In this document: piece by piece, positions 39,086 through 49,581 of the stretch
Position numbering within the stretch: the first letter of the stretch is position 1
Layout: each line of letters starts with the position of its first letter
Assembly (NCBI GenBank): GCA_963775465.1
Contig: CAVZIW010000003.1
Coordinates: 32,001 to 96,000 of the forward strand
Source: Candidatus Bathyarchaeota archaeon
Lineage (GTDB): Archaea; Thermoproteota; Bathyarchaeia; Bathyarchaeales; Bathycorpusculaceae
Reading direction: 5' to 3'
Length of the DNA: 64,000 nt
Position numbers and translations under genes: made by a program
Notes under the pieces: model-generated
Databases searched by the model: none
Seen by the model: the letters and a program-made list of their open reading frames with translations, nothing else
Told to the model about the DNA's origin: nothing

Positions 39086-39571
39086 TTATTGTTTATCATA
39101 TTTTTCGACTTCATCATTAACGATGGTCAGTTCAATTCCTGCTTGCTTAAACATCTCAATGGTGTCTGAATCTGCATGATACCGTTTAGCACAAACAACT
39201 CGCCTGATCCCCGCATTAATTATCATCATCGCACAGGTTCGGCAAGGCGTCATCTTGCAAAAAAGCGTGGAGCCTTCCAGCGAAATTCCAAACCGCGCTG
39301 CTTGAATAATCGCATTTTGTTCTGCATGTAAGGTTCGAACGCAATGTTGGGTTACTTCTCCATTCGAGTTGAAGACTTTACGCAAATCGTGCCCAGATTC
39401 GTCGCAGTGAGGCAACCCTGCTGGCGCGCCAACGTACCCAGTGGTCATTATACGCTTATCTTTAACTATTACGCAGCCGCTTCTACCGCGATTACACGTC
39501 GCACGTCTGGCTACGGCCTCGCATAAATCTAGAAAATACCTGTCCCAATTCGGTCGAAAATTAGTCTCCAC
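39086..39571 (-). CDS. dCMP deaminase (ComEB-like)
   Basis: RPNWDRYF, RATC.R, HAEQNAI, PCRTC. Confidence 0.93.
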   Translation of the reverse strand: METNFRPNWDRYFLDLCEAVARRATCNRGRSGCVIVKDKRIMTTGYVGAPAGLPHCDESGHDLRKVFNSNGEVTQHCVRTLHAEQNAIIQAARFGISLEGSTLFCKMTPCRTCAMMIINAGIRRVVCAKRYHADSDTIEMFKQAGIELTIVNDEVEKYDKQ

Positions 39572-39646
39572 GTATTTTGCCTTCTATATGTTTCTTAGAA
39601 AAATAGTTCATCAAACGAATTAATAAATTCTACATGCCGTGAAAGT

Positions 39647-40951
39647 TTATTTTTGGAGTATATGGATTTCTCTGCCTACTTTGTGACGTTCATCCATTTC
39701 AATTAGAGAAACAGTATTAACTAATCTGCCTACATCTAGCCCTTTAGCAAAGAGATCATTTGAGAAAACATAGACTCGCTTAAAACCGACATTTCTTAAT
39801 GTTTCGTCGATGGGCATAATTGTTGTTTGTCCTGAGCGGGTTTTAATGAAGGGAGTAGCAAGTACTAGTCGACCATTTGGCTTTAGAACTCTGTATGCTT
39901 GTTCGATAAAATCGTTAAATAGAGGCTCGAGTTTTTCAATAATCTTTTGCGCGTACGGCTCTGTGGGAAACTGTTTTAATGCTGGTCCTAAGTCGGGTTC
40001 TGATGCTATGCAGTCTATAGTTTCCAACCCAACTTTTTCAGCCAATCTGTCAATATCTCCTTGTATAACTCGAAAATCGCTATTGTTGAGCTCGTATTCT
40101 TGGACTATCCAGCCGAGGTTTTCACTAGCTGCTTTCACGCACCAGGAATTAACGTCTATGCCAACTACTGCTGCTCCCTCTAGCAAGGCTTCTTGGAGTA
40201 TAGTGCCTACTCCACAGAAGGAATCCAGCAGAGTTTTTCCAGCATTGCAGGAAGCCAAGTTTACCATAATTCTTGCTAGCCTAGGTGGCATGCCAAAAAT
40301 TGCACGTTGGTTTGGCTTGTAAATATCTCTTTTCTGGAAGTCGAAAGGGTTATGCACCGCTATTGTTGTTGCTATCCATGTTTCATTTTTTCCTATGCAG
40401 AAGAGAACTTCAGATAGTTTTTCCACTAACTCCTTTTTTATTACTTCCACGTGGCTCAGTTGGACATGTTTTTTGTCTCTAAACCCCATAAACTGCGATT
40501 TTTTCCCTAATTCCGCCAACCTTTCCTTTACGGCTCTTCCGACAAACCGTTGAATGTTTCCAAGCGATGATTGCAAATAATTGTTTGTACAATAAACGCT
40601 TACGCCAAAAAATGGTTTCTCAGCTGAATTTGCTATCCTGTCTGCTGCTTCGCTTGAGGCTATTTTTTCGCTTATTTGTTTTTGAGCTTGTATGTTTTTT
40701 TCTCCAAAAGCGTCTTTAATGATTTGAGTTGCTAAGATTGTTTTTATTTCACCGATTTTTATGGTTCCGCCCAAATCAGCAATTATTGATGTGTCAAGTT
40801 TTTGTTCAAAGTTGATTACGAAGAATTCTCGGCTAAAATATTGAATTGCGAAATTGATTTTTCTCGTTTGGAAATACGCGGATAGTTCTGCTAAAGAGAG
40901 GATCCAGTTTTTTCCCGAAATAAACGAGTAGGATAACATCTCGGAAATCAA
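39647..40951 (-). CDS. Trm11-like SAM-dependent RNA methyltransferase
   Basis: GGTIKIG, MPPRLARIMVNL, LLDSFCGVGTILQEA, SEPDLG. Confidence 0.82.
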   Translation of the reverse strand: MISEMLSYSFISGKNWILSLAELSAYFQTRKINFAIQYFSREFFVINFEQKLDTSIIADLGGTIKIGEIKTILATQIIKDAFGEKNIQAQKQISEKIASSEAADRIANSAEKPFFGVSVYCTNNYLQSSLGNIQRFVGRAVKERLAELGKKSQFMGFRDKKHVQLSHVEVIKKELVEKLSEVLFCIGKNETWIATTIAVHNPFDFQKRDIYKPNQRAIFGMPPRLARIMVNLASCNAGKTLLDSFCGVGTILQEALLEGAAVVGIDVNSWCVKAASENLGWIVQEYELNNSDFRVIQGDIDRLAEKVGLETIDCIASEPDLGPALKQFPTEPYAQKIIEKLEPLFNDFIEQAYRVLKPNGRLVLATPFIKTRSGQTTIMPIDETLRNVGFKRVYVFSNDLFAKGLDVGRLVNTVSLIEMDERHKVGREIHILQK

Positions 40952-41110
40952 ACGTAATCTAAGTATTTAAGCAGATAACAGGTTGCCTTTAGAATAAAAT
41001 ATTTTAAGGATACAATTGGAATTCAAAAAAACACGGCAGCATTTACGTTTATTTACAAATCGTTTAAATATCGCTAAAGATGAGAGTATGCTACGCAAGG
41101 GGACTTTCCT

Positions 41111-41653
41111 ATGCATGCAAAAAACTACCGGCACGTGAAGAATAGAGCCTACACGCGGAAAGAATATGCAAGAGGCTTTCCGCCACCAAAAATCGTAAAG
41201 TTCACAATGGGTGACACTAAAGGCGTTTTTGAAGTTCAAGGGCAACTCATCGCTTTAGAGCGGGCCCAGATACGCCATAGCGCTTTGGAAGCAATGCGTG
41301 TGGCAACCAACCGTATTTTGATGGACAAAGTTGTCAACGATTACCTTATGGTTGTTCATCCGTATCCGCATATCATCTTGCGTGAAAATAAAATGATTTT
41401 CGGAGCGCATGCAGACCGTCTTCAACAGGGTATGCGACGCTCATTTGGGTCAGCAATCGGCACTGCCGCCAAAGTGGAAGCTGGTCAACCCATTATAACA
41501 GTGCGTGTTAAAACAGGTCAAGCTGAGGTGGCTAAAGAATCCCTTAAACGAGGAAGCGCAAAACTCCCCATACCTTGCAGAATTGTAATCTCCAAGATCG
41601 AAGCTTCTCCAAGCCAGACAGAGAATGCCCAGCCGGAGACGGAGACGATTTGA
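41111..41653 (+). CDS. rpl10e: 50S ribosomal protein uL16 (L10e)
   Basis: YTRKEY, QIRHSALEA.R, YPHIILRENK...A.ADRLQQGMRRSFG. Confidence 0.97.
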   Translation: MHAKNYRHVKNRAYTRKEYARGFPPPKIVKFTMGDTKGVFEVQGQLIALERAQIRHSALEAMRVATNRILMDKVVNDYLMVVHPYPHIILRENKMIFGAHADRLQQGMRRSFGSAIGTAAKVEAGQPIITVRVKTGQAEVAKESLKRGSAKLPIPCRIVISKIEASPSQTENAQPETETI

Positions 41654-44070
41654 GCGTCAAAGAGAAAGCGCTGGTCTTATGGTTTGATAATTTAAGAAAT
41701 ACTGATGTATCCATTGTTGGCGGTAAAAATGCTAGCTTGGGTGAAATGATTAATGCGGGTCTACCTGTCCCTTTTGGTTTTGCAGTGACCGCTTATTCAT
41801 ATGAACGATTTATTTTAGAGAAAAAAATTGCTGAGCAGATTTACAGAATTATTAATGACACAGTAACGGATCCAAATGATCCCAAGCAGTACGACTCAGC
41901 GTCAAAGAAGATTCGTGAACTAATCGAAAAAACTCCGATGTCCAAAGACCTTGAAAAAGCTATCAGAGAAGCTTATGCTAAATTAAACAAGCGGTTCGGT
42001 TTAAAAGGAACTTTTGTTGCAGTAAGGTCAAGTGCGACAGCTGAAGACCTGCCGGATGCATCATTTGCCGGTCAACAAGAGACTTATCTAAACGTTAAAG
42101 GCTCAGACGACTTGCTTGATAAAGTAGTGAAATGCTGGTCAAGCCTTTTTACTCCACGTGCCATCTTTTATAGAAATGAAAAAGGTTTTCCACACGAGAA
42201 AGTTTTCATAAGTGTTGGCGTTCAAAAAATGGTTAACTCACGCGCAGCTGGGGTTATGTTCACGATAAACCCTGTTACAGGAAACCATGAGGAAATCGTT
42301 ATCGAAGGCAACTACGGTTTGGGTGAAACCGTGGTTTCAGGTGCTGTTAACCCAGATGATTTTGTGGTTGACAAAAACAATCTTCAAATTAAAGAGCGTC
42401 GAATTGCCCGCAAAACAATCAAATACATCCGCGATTCGAAAACAGGCAAAACGGTGCATTTAGAGATTCCTGAAGCTGAGCAAAAAGAAGTTTGCATAGA
42501 TGACAAAGAAATTACCGCTCTAGCAAAGCTTGCCAAGAAAATAGAAAAGCATTACGGCAAACCTATGGATATTGAGTGGGCAATTGACCAAGACCTATCT
42601 TTCCCCGAAAACATGATGTTAGTTCAGGCCCGACCAGAAACTGTTTTCGGATCAAAAACAACGGAAGAATCTAAAATGGAGGAAAACAAAGCTCAAGACC
42701 TTAAGGTAGTTGTTCGAGGGATCTCCGCTGGAAGACGAGGCTATGGAATAGGTAAAGCTAAAGTTGTTCTGAACCTTGATGATGCGAACCGTGATATGAG
42801 CAAAGGAGATATTCTCGTAACAGGAATGACTGATCCTGATTTCGTTCCATTCATGAAGATGGCAAGCGCTATAGTTACTGACAAGGGTGGAATTACCTCA
42901 CATGCAGCTATCGTAAGTCGAGAACTTAACATCCCCTGTGTGGTGGGCACCGAAAACGCTACTCAATTAATGAAAACAGGTCAAGAATACACTGTGGATT
43001 CCAGAAACGGCGTTATATATGAAGGTATAATGGCGCAGGCAGTTCAACCAACTTCATCGAATAACGGCAGCTTATCTATGCAAGTTGCTGAAGCTGCTCC
43101 AGTAACAGCCACAAAAATTTACATGAACCTTGGAACCCCCGAGATGATTGAGCAGTATAAGAATCTGCCTTTCGAGGGCATCGGTTTAATGCGTACCGAA
43201 TTCATCTTAGCCAGTGCTATAGGTCAACATCCAATGGCGTTTGTCGATGCAGGTCAAAGTCAACAATTCGTCGACAAACTCGCCGACGGCATAGCTACCG
43301 TAGCAAGGGCAATCCAGCCAAAACCCGTGGTTGTTCGTTTAAGCGACTTCAAAACTAATGAGTACCGCGGCTTAAAAGGCGGCGAAAAATACGAAATTAT
43401 AGAAGAAAATCCAATGTTGGGTTGGAGAGGATGCAGTCGCTACATAAGCAAATGGTACGACAAAGCATTTCGTTTGGAATGTCAAGCTATCAAGAAATGC
43501 CGCACTGAATGGTCGCTCAAAAACGTTTATGTCATGCTACCCATGGTACGAACGCTTTGGGAAGCCAAAGCTGTCCTTCAAATAATGAAAGAAGAAGGTT
43601 TAGAGCGCAACAGAGACTTTAAGGTTTGGTTCATGGCAGAAACGCCCTCAATAGGGATCATGGCTGATGAATTCAGCAAACTTGTCGACGGTTTTAGCAT
43701 CGGCTCAAATGACATGACCCAAGGAATTTTGATGATTGACCGCGACTCTGAACGCTTAGGGCAAATGGGGTACTTTGACGAACGCGACCCAGCAGTCAAA
43801 CGCATTATCGCACATCTGATAAAAGCTGCCCACGAAAACGGTTGTACTGTAAGCATCTGTGGTGAAGGTCCATCAAACCTTCCTGATTTTGCAGAATTCC
43901 TAGTTCGTGTTGGTATCGATAGCATCTCTGTCAACAATGACGCTGTGATACAAACAAGAAAACATGTTGCCAGTGTGGAGCAAAAGATAATTCTTGAACG
44001 TCTAGCCGAGCAAGCCGCAATAGCGAACGGTCAACCTCTCAAAAAGCCACCCCAAGATTGGGAATGGTAA
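41650..44070 (+). CDS. ppsA: Phosphoenolpyruvate synthase
   Basis: VGGKNASLGEM, VRSSATAEDLPDASFAGQQETY, GGITSHAAIVSRE, GIGLMRTEF, FSIGSND; TTG start 41650 after GGAG. Confidence 0.97.
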   Translation: MSVKEKALVLWFDNLRNTDVSIVGGKNASLGEMINAGLPVPFGFAVTAYSYERFILEKKIAEQIYRIINDTVTDPNDPKQYDSASKKIRELIEKTPMSKDLEKAIREAYAKLNKRFGLKGTFVAVRSSATAEDLPDASFAGQQETYLNVKGSDDLLDKVVKCWSSLFTPRAIFYRNEKGFPHEKVFISVGVQKMVNSRAAGVMFTINPVTGNHEEIVIEGNYGLGETVVSGAVNPDDFVVDKNNLQIKERRIARKTIKYIRDSKTGKTVHLEIPEAEQKEVCIDDKEITALAKLAKKIEKHYGKPMDIEWAIDQDLSFPENMMLVQARPETVFGSKTTEESKMEENKAQDLKVVVRGISAGRRGYGIGKAKVVLNLDDANRDMSKGDILVTGMTDPDFVPFMKMASAIVTDKGGITSHAAIVSRELNIPCVVGTENATQLMKTGQEYTVDSRNGVIYEGIMAQAVQPTSSNNGSLSMQVAEAAPVTATKIYMNLGTPEMIEQYKNLPFEGIGLMRTEFILASAIGQHPMAFVDAGQSQQFVDKLADGIATVARAIQPKPVVVRLSDFKTNEYRGLKGGEKYEIIEENPMLGWRGCSRYISKWYDKAFRLECQAIKKCRTEWSLKNVYVMLPMVRTLWEAKAVLQIMKEEGLERNRDFKVWFMAETPSIGIMADEFSKLVDGFSIGSNDMTQGILMIDRDSERLGQMGYFDERDPAVKRIIAHLIKAAHENGCTVSICGEGPSNLPDFAEFLVRVGIDSISVNNDAVIQTRKHVASVEQKIILERLAEQAAIANGQPLKKPPQDWEW

Positions 44071-44138
44071 AACAACAAATTAACCGTCTAACCTATTAGT
44101 TTCTTTTCTTTTTATTGTTTTTAACCCGAGGGTAGATT

Positions 44139-45140
44139 ATGTTAGAGTTTGATTTTGAGGAAGAGCGAATCAAATATGAAATAACCAGGCTTGCTGCGAA
44201 ACGTGTTTTACTGCAACTTCCTCAGGGATTAAAACCTCAGGCTCCTAAGATAGCTGAAAAAATACAAGAAACTGGTGCTTTGCCCATAATTTCTGCTGAC
44301 CCATGTTATGGTGCATGTGACTTGGAAATAAGCGAAGCTGAAGGTTTATCAGTTGATTTGATTGTCCATTTTGGTCACGCACCGATGATCAAACACACTC
44401 GTGTTCCAACTTTATATGTCGAAGCCCGGGCAAACTTAGCTGTCGATTCCGCTATTTCGCAGGTTTTGCCGTTTTTATGCAATTATAATCGAGTTGGGTT
44501 AGCCACTTCAGTTCAACATATCCAAGACCTCGATAAGGCAAAACAAATTCTAAGTGACGCTGGAAAAACCGTAGTCATAGGCGATGAGGGTTTAATGGAG
44601 TATGCTGGACAAGTTAGTGGCTGCAACTACAGCAACGTAAAAACCATCGCTGACAAAGTTGATGTCTTTATTTTTCTAGGTGGCGGGTTGTTTCATGCTT
44701 TGGGGATCGCTTTGAATACTTCCAAACCCACAGTAGTAGCCGACCCATATGATAATAGAGCTTACCTGATTGACGACGAAGTTCACAAGATCCTCAAACA
44801 ACGTTTCGCCAGTATTCAAGAAGCAAAAAGCGCCAAAGCTTTCGGGGTACTAATTGGAATTAAGGTAGGGCAAAAACATTTTGATGCTGCTTTGAGGGTT
44901 AGAGAGATGGCAGATAAACATTCATTTGCGGCTTTCTTGCTTGCAGGGCGGGAGATTACTCCTGAAACGCTCTTAGAGTTTCCAACTCTTGATGCATACG
45001 TAAACACTGCGTGTCCGCGAATTTCGTTGGATGCTCCTGGAAAATTTCAAAAGCCGATTTTGACAGTTAACGAGTTTTTGGTTGTTTGCGGCGAGGTTTC
45101 ATGGGAGAGTTTGCTCAAAAAAGGCTTATTCGAAAACTAG
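44139..45140 (+). CDS. dph2: Diphthamide biosynthesis enzyme Dph2
   Basis: LQLPQGLK, PCYGACD, HFGH, GQVSGC, GGLFHA, NTACPRI. Confidence 0.95.
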   Translation: MLEFDFEEERIKYEITRLAAKRVLLQLPQGLKPQAPKIAEKIQETGALPIISADPCYGACDLEISEAEGLSVDLIVHFGHAPMIKHTRVPTLYVEARANLAVDSAISQVLPFLCNYNRVGLATSVQHIQDLDKAKQILSDAGKTVVIGDEGLMEYAGQVSGCNYSNVKTIADKVDVFIFLGGGLFHALGIALNTSKPTVVADPYDNRAYLIDDEVHKILKQRFASIQEAKSAKAFGVLIGIKVGQKHFDAALRVREMADKHSFAAFLLAGREITPETLLEFPTLDAYVNTACPRISLDAPGKFQKPILTVNEFLVVCGEVSWESLLKKGLFEN

Positions 45141-45802
45141 ATTTGGAACGGTTTCTTTCTAAGGTTGTGCCTCAGCCTTCGCCGAAGGTTGAGCTTGAGC
45201 AGTACACAATCTCAGAACATATTGCAGCTAATATGCTCTATATTGCTGCTTACTCAAACGGCGATATTTTGGACAAAAAAGTGCTGGATTTGGGTTGCGG
45301 CACAGGAAGGTTTGCTTTGGGTGCTGCTTTTTTGGGCGCAGGAGAAGTTGTGGGAATTGACATCGATAGGTCCGCTGTAGAGACAGCTTCTAAAAACTCA
45401 AAGGCCTCTAATTTAAAGAGTAAAGTCCAGTGGGTTCTTGGTGATATTAGTTCAATTACGGGTAAATTCGATACTGTACTGCAAAATCCCCCTTTCGGGG
45501 TTCAAAGACGTGAAGCTGATCGTCCCTTCTTAGTGAAGGCTCTAGAAGTTGGTTCTTCAGTGTATTCCCTCCATAGTCATCCTGAAGTTGATGATCGGTT
45601 AATCAAGCGGCTAAAATCCAGTGAAGGTTTTCTATCTCTGCAAGCGGCTCCTTTTCTTGAGCGACTTGTTGAAAAGAATAATGGCTATGTTGAATCGGTG
45701 TACGCTATGTTGATGACTATTCCACGACTGTTCGACTTTCATAAGAAGATAAAACATGACTTTGTCGTCGACTTATATGTCATAAAAAAGAAGCATCATT
45801 AA
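45101..45802 (+). CDS. METTL5-family methyltransferase
   Basis: PKVELEQY, VLDLGCGTG, QNPPFG, F.FHKK. Confidence 0.92.
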   Translation: MGEFAQKRLIRKLDLERFLSKVVPQPSPKVELEQYTISEHIAANMLYIAAYSNGDILDKKVLDLGCGTGRFALGAAFLGAGEVVGIDIDRSAVETASKNSKASNLKSKVQWVLGDISSITGKFDTVLQNPPFGVQRREADRPFLVKALEVGSSVYSLHSHPEVDDRLIKRLKSSEGFLSLQAAPFLERLVEKNNGYVESVYAMLMTIPRLFDFHKKIKHDFVVDLYVIKKKHH

Positions 45803-45924
45803 CCTTTTTTTTGTTTGATGGTGAGCTAGCTGTTTTTTGTTTATTTATCAAAAGGTTTATTGCGAGGGTTGGAAGATAAGGATATGCGCTTATTAAAATT
45901 AGGCTAATTTACAAGGGAATTAGT

Positions 45925-46506
45925 ATGTCATTGAAACCTGTGGAACAAAAAAGCGGTCACTTAGTACTTCCTGGAGAACGTTTAGGTGTTATTGAAGAGT
46001 TCAGTCCTGACTCAGGAACATACGTTAAAGACGGAATTATATACTCCGAGATTGTCGGGCGCTCACTAGTGGACCTACAAAACAGACGCGTATCGGTCTA
46101 CCCCGTGGTTGAAGGCGTAATTGTACCCAAAGTAGGCTCAATAGTGCTTGGGCAAATCGGCAATGCGCAATCCGATAACGTTTTGGTTAAAATTTTTATG
46201 GTTGGGCGAAAAAAAATCAGCGGCACCTTCGGCGGTGTTTTACATGTTTCTGACGTCTCTGACAGGTACGTTGATTCAATGAGTGATGTTTGCAAGCCAG
46301 GTGACATCGTCAGAGCCAAAGTTATCAGCGCAAAAAATCAGGCTTTCCATTTGTCTACCAATGATAAGAGCTTAGGCATTTTGCATGCTTTCTGTTCAAG
46401 GGATAGCACTCTACTTGAGCAGCAGCATTATGATCTTAAATGCCCCAAATGTGGTAATATTGAAAGACGTAAACTAGCTCCAGATTATGGGAAAGAACCA
46501 TTATAG
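45925..46506 (+). CDS. csl4: Exosome complex RNA-binding protein Csl4
   Basis: VLPGERLGVIEEF.P..GTY, S1 domain GDIVRAKV, CSRD..CPKCGNIERRKLA. Confidence 0.95.
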   Translation: MSLKPVEQKSGHLVLPGERLGVIEEFSPDSGTYVKDGIIYSEIVGRSLVDLQNRRVSVYPVVEGVIVPKVGSIVLGQIGNAQSDNVLVKIFMVGRKKISGTFGGVLHVSDVSDRYVDSMSDVCKPGDIVRAKVISAKNQAFHLSTNDKSLGILHAFCSRDSTLLEQQHYDLKCPKCGNIERRKLAPDYGKEPL

Positions 46507-46519
46507 AGAGGGAAGTAAA

Positions 46520-46801
46520 ATAAAAGTTAAAGTGTTAAAGAAATCAGAAAATGAGCTAAAGATCGAAATCCAGGGATCAAGCCACGGACTTTGCAATCTA
46601 CTTCAGAAAAGACTACTTGAAGACAAACGAGTTGACTTTGCTGGTTATGATGTGCCGCATCCTTTGGCGTCAAGCCCAATTATCTATCTTCGGATGAAGG
46701 GTGCCAACAAGCCAGAAGATGCATTGATTGAAGCCGTCGAAAAAGTAAAAGAAACCAATAGCGCGTTCGGTAAAGAACTTGAACGTGCAATGAAGGCTTA
46801 A
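46520..46801 (+). CDS. rpo11: RNA polymerase subunit Rpo11 (RpoL)
   Basis: KVLKKSENELKIEI.G.SHGLCNLL, FAGYDVPHPL; likely ATA start at 46520 after GAGGGA. Confidence 0.93.
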   Translation: MKVKVLKKSENELKIEIQGSSHGLCNLLQKRLLEDKRVDFAGYDVPHPLASSPIIYLRMKGANKPEDALIEAVEKVKETNSAFGKELERAMKA

Positions 46802-46892
46802 TGCCTTTTAGTTTTTGTTTAATTGTTAACGTTTATTTAAATTATAGAGTGGTTTTAAATTAGAAACTCTGTATTATAGTTAGGTTAGGGTT

Positions 46893-47504
46893 TTGACTAC
46901 CAACTCTAGACTTTTCCGTGTGATAAAACCAGAAATTCGGATTCTTGGAATTGACGATGGAAAATTTATGCCCCATACCAATGGAACTGTAATTGTTGTA
47001 GGTGTAGTTTTTCGTGGCGGTTTGTGGCTTGAGGGGGTAATGCATACTACCGTAGACATAGATGGCTCAAATGCGACTGAGCAGTTGGCTAAAATGATTA
47101 GCAATTCCCCTCATTGTCGGCAGCTGCGTTTGGTTATGCTCAATGGAATAACTCTAGGGGGCTTCAATTTAGTAAACATTAAGGTGCTTCATTTAGCAAC
47201 TTCCCTTCCTATTTTGGCGTTAACTCGGGACAAACCCAACTTGGACGCAATTCGCAGTGCATTGACGCATTTACCCAAAAGTGATGAGCGGTGGGGAATC
47301 GTTGAAGCGGCAGGGGAAATTTATGAAATCACCAACAAAGGTGTCCATCTTTACATGGAAACAGCGGGAATTTCCTTAGAGGATGCAAAAAAGATTGTTG
47401 AATTGGCATCTACAAGGAGCAGTTTTCCGGAGCCGCTTCGGGTTGCCCATTTAGTTGCGTCTGGAGTTTCCAATATAGATGAGTTTAACTTGGACAAAGT
47501 TTAA
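46893..47504 (+). CDS. DUF99 family (endonuclease V-like fold) protein
   Basis: IKPEIRILGIDDG, DG..AT, LNGITLGGFN, PEPLRVAHLVASG. Confidence 0.92.
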   Translation: MTTNSRLFRVIKPEIRILGIDDGKFMPHTNGTVIVVGVVFRGGLWLEGVMHTTVDIDGSNATEQLAKMISNSPHCRQLRLVMLNGITLGGFNLVNIKVLHLATSLPILALTRDKPNLDAIRSALTHLPKSDERWGIVEAAGEIYEITNKGVHLYMETAGISLEDAKKIVELASTRSSFPEPLRVAHLVASGVSNIDEFNLDKV

Positions 47505-47557
47505 AAGCTACTGCGCTATGGATTCCCAAAACGGAACAATATTTGGAGTCACTAAAC

Positions 47558-47911
47558 ATGGAATTTTGCCCTAGATGCGGTTCCCGTCTTGAGCCCAAGA
47601 AATCAAAAAGTGGAAAAGAAGCAACGCTGATTTTAGCTTGCCCTAAATGTGGTTATAAGAAGACAGATGGCGACAAGGTCGAGCCCAAAGTTGCCCAAAA
47701 AGTTATTCAGCATAGTCCCCAGCAGTTTGTAGCAGTAATCGGTAAAGAAGAGCAGAAGCTTAGCACTCTTCCAACTGTTCGAATTGAATGCCCAAGATGC
47801 GGTAACAATAATGCATATGTTTGGCAAGTTCAAACCCGAGGGGCAGATGAGTCTTCAACTCAGTTTTTGCGTTGCACAAAATGCAGCTACACATTCCGAG
47901 AATACAGCTAA
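47558..47911 (+). CDS. tfs: Transcription factor S (TFS)
   Basis: MEFCPRCG..CPKCG, CPRCGN..QTRGADE..FLRCTKC..FRE. Confidence 0.95.
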   Translation: MEFCPRCGSRLEPKKSKSGKEATLILACPKCGYKKTDGDKVEPKVAQKVIQHSPQQFVAVIGKEEQKLSTLPTVRIECPRCGNNNAYVWQVQTRGADESSTQFLRCTKCSYTFREYS

Positions 47912-47957
47912 CGCTCACTTTTTTCTTTAGCTTTGATGTTGCACATTCTTTTTAAAA

Positions 47958-49025
47958 TTGAATCCACACTTCTATAGTGTGCACCTCTTGAACCCACTGT
48001 ATTTGCTGAGAAATAGAGTCTCTTGGCATGCTCTTATCAAAATTTTGCCGCTAGCTGCTTTTGTTGCTCCGATAGTTTTGTTATTTGTTCTAAACCCTGT
48101 TGATCCGTTTTTGAAACTGTCGGCGCAGGATTCTTTCCAGTTAATGTGGAAAGGTAGAACTTTCCAGTTGTTCTTTGTTTGGCTGCTATCTTTAGAGTTA
48201 ATTCTTAGTTGGGAAACTATTAAGCTAAGAATTAGCAAACACAACAAAGCAGTAGTTTTCTTCTATGTAATTGGTCTTTTGCTTCCTTCTCTTTATGTAA
48301 TTGGAGAGAACTATTTTGGTTTCAATAACGTAATCGCGAATTGGGCATCTCAAAGCGGGGTTGTTTTTTTTGAATCTATGCCTCTTGCGGTTGAATATCT
48401 TGTTTTTGCGTTTTTCTTCTGTTTTTTGACTTTTGCAATTTTTGGGCGAAAGGGTTTGAAGATTTTTGCTTTACCCGCTTTGTTTGTTAGTTTAGTTGGT
48501 GCCTTGTATACTGTCGATAATGTATTTCCTTACGGGCAGTTTACGCCGTTTCAGCTTCTAGTTCCAACCACTGCATTGTTAGCTTCCAGCGTGTTAGGCA
48601 TCATTGGTTATAATACGGTTTTTGGTACCGAAAATGGTATGCCCACCTTGCAGGCTTCCGGGTCTTTAGGTACGGCAAAGTTTGCAATAGCTTGGCCTTG
48701 TGCCGGGGTTGAAAGTCTTTTAATTTTTACAGCTGTGACTTTGCTATTTCTTAAGCGCTTGCCCGTTTCATGGAAAACTAAACTGGGTTTATTTGCGTTT
48801 GGGGCAGCCATTACCTATCTAATAAATGTTTTACGAATAGCAACAATCTTTACAATCGGAATGCAATTTGGTGCTTCCTCTAATCAAGTTCAAATGTTTC
48901 ACTTCTACTATGGACCCCTCTATACAATGGCGTGGATTGTGTCATACCCTTTGATTTTGCTGGGAACTCATAGGTTATGGACGAGAACTAGGACACCTCA
49001 ATCAACACCGCTAACCCCTGTTTAA
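47958..49025 (+). CDS. Exosortase/archaeosortase family transpeptidase
   Basis: Multi-TM; IAWPCAGVESL (Cys), INVLRI (Arg), FHFYYG (His). Confidence 0.85.
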   Translation: MNPHFYSVHLLNPLYLLRNRVSWHALIKILPLAAFVAPIVLLFVLNPVDPFLKLSAQDSFQLMWKGRTFQLFFVWLLSLELILSWETIKLRISKHNKAVVFFYVIGLLLPSLYVIGENYFGFNNVIANWASQSGVVFFESMPLAVEYLVFAFFFCFLTFAIFGRKGLKIFALPALFVSLVGALYTVDNVFPYGQFTPFQLLVPTTALLASSVLGIIGYNTVFGTENGMPTLQASGSLGTAKFAIAWPCAGVESLLIFTAVTLLFLKRLPVSWKTKLGLFAFGAAITYLINVLRIATIFTIGMQFGASSNQVQMFHFYYGPLYTMAWIVSYPLILLGTHRLWTRTRTPQSTPLTPV

Positions 49026-49581
49026 CCAGAATCTGTGCGTTAAGTGTTGGCAACGAAGCAACATCTTCAGCGTTAAATGGACCATAAGATTTCATGTCTG
49101 CTCCCATAATAGCGGGAATGTTTTTTGTGAAGCGAATAGTCAAACGTTTTCGAGCTGGGATAGTTTGGGTTGCAGTTAGTTTGGTATCTGATTCTATTGT
49201 AACTTTGATTGGTGACGGTGGTGCTAGTTGTCCTTGCTTTAAGTCTTCTTTGAATTTTTGGTATTCCGCTGAAAAAGTTGCAAACGTCTCAGCCATCTTG
49301 CCTTCTTCGACCGTTAACAATTCAAGGGGAATCTTTTGATTTTTAGTGACAATTTTTATGATTTTTTTGTACCTTAACTCTAATAATTCTGCAAGCATCA
49401 ACTCAACGTTTTGGGCTTCATGCTCAAGCAGATTTAGTTTTATAGTTTTTTGGTCGAGTTCGTTATCTTCTTTGATGCATCGCATATACTCTGCGATTTT
49501 GCCATAGAAGTCAGGTGGTAACCCTCCTATTGAGGCATCTTCAATTTCTCTTCGCCAAGCCGCAAAAAGCTGATCGTACAC
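48988..49581 (-). CDS. GINS subunit Gins51 (Psf1-like)
   Basis: LPPDFY, L.LRYKKI, LLTVEE, IRF...PAIMGADMKSYGPF..EDVASLP..NA..LVKQG; GTG start 49581 overlaps the priS stop. Confidence 0.9.
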   Translation of the reverse strand: MYDQLFAAWRREIEDASIGGLPPDFYGKIAEYMRCIKEDNELDQKTIKLNLLEHEAQNVELMLAELLELRYKKIIKIVTKNQKIPLELLTVEEGKMAETFATFSAEYQKFKEDLKQGQLAPPSPIKVTIESDTKLTATQTIPARKRLTIRFTKNIPAIMGADMKSYGPFNAEDVASLPTLNAQILVKQGLAVLIEVS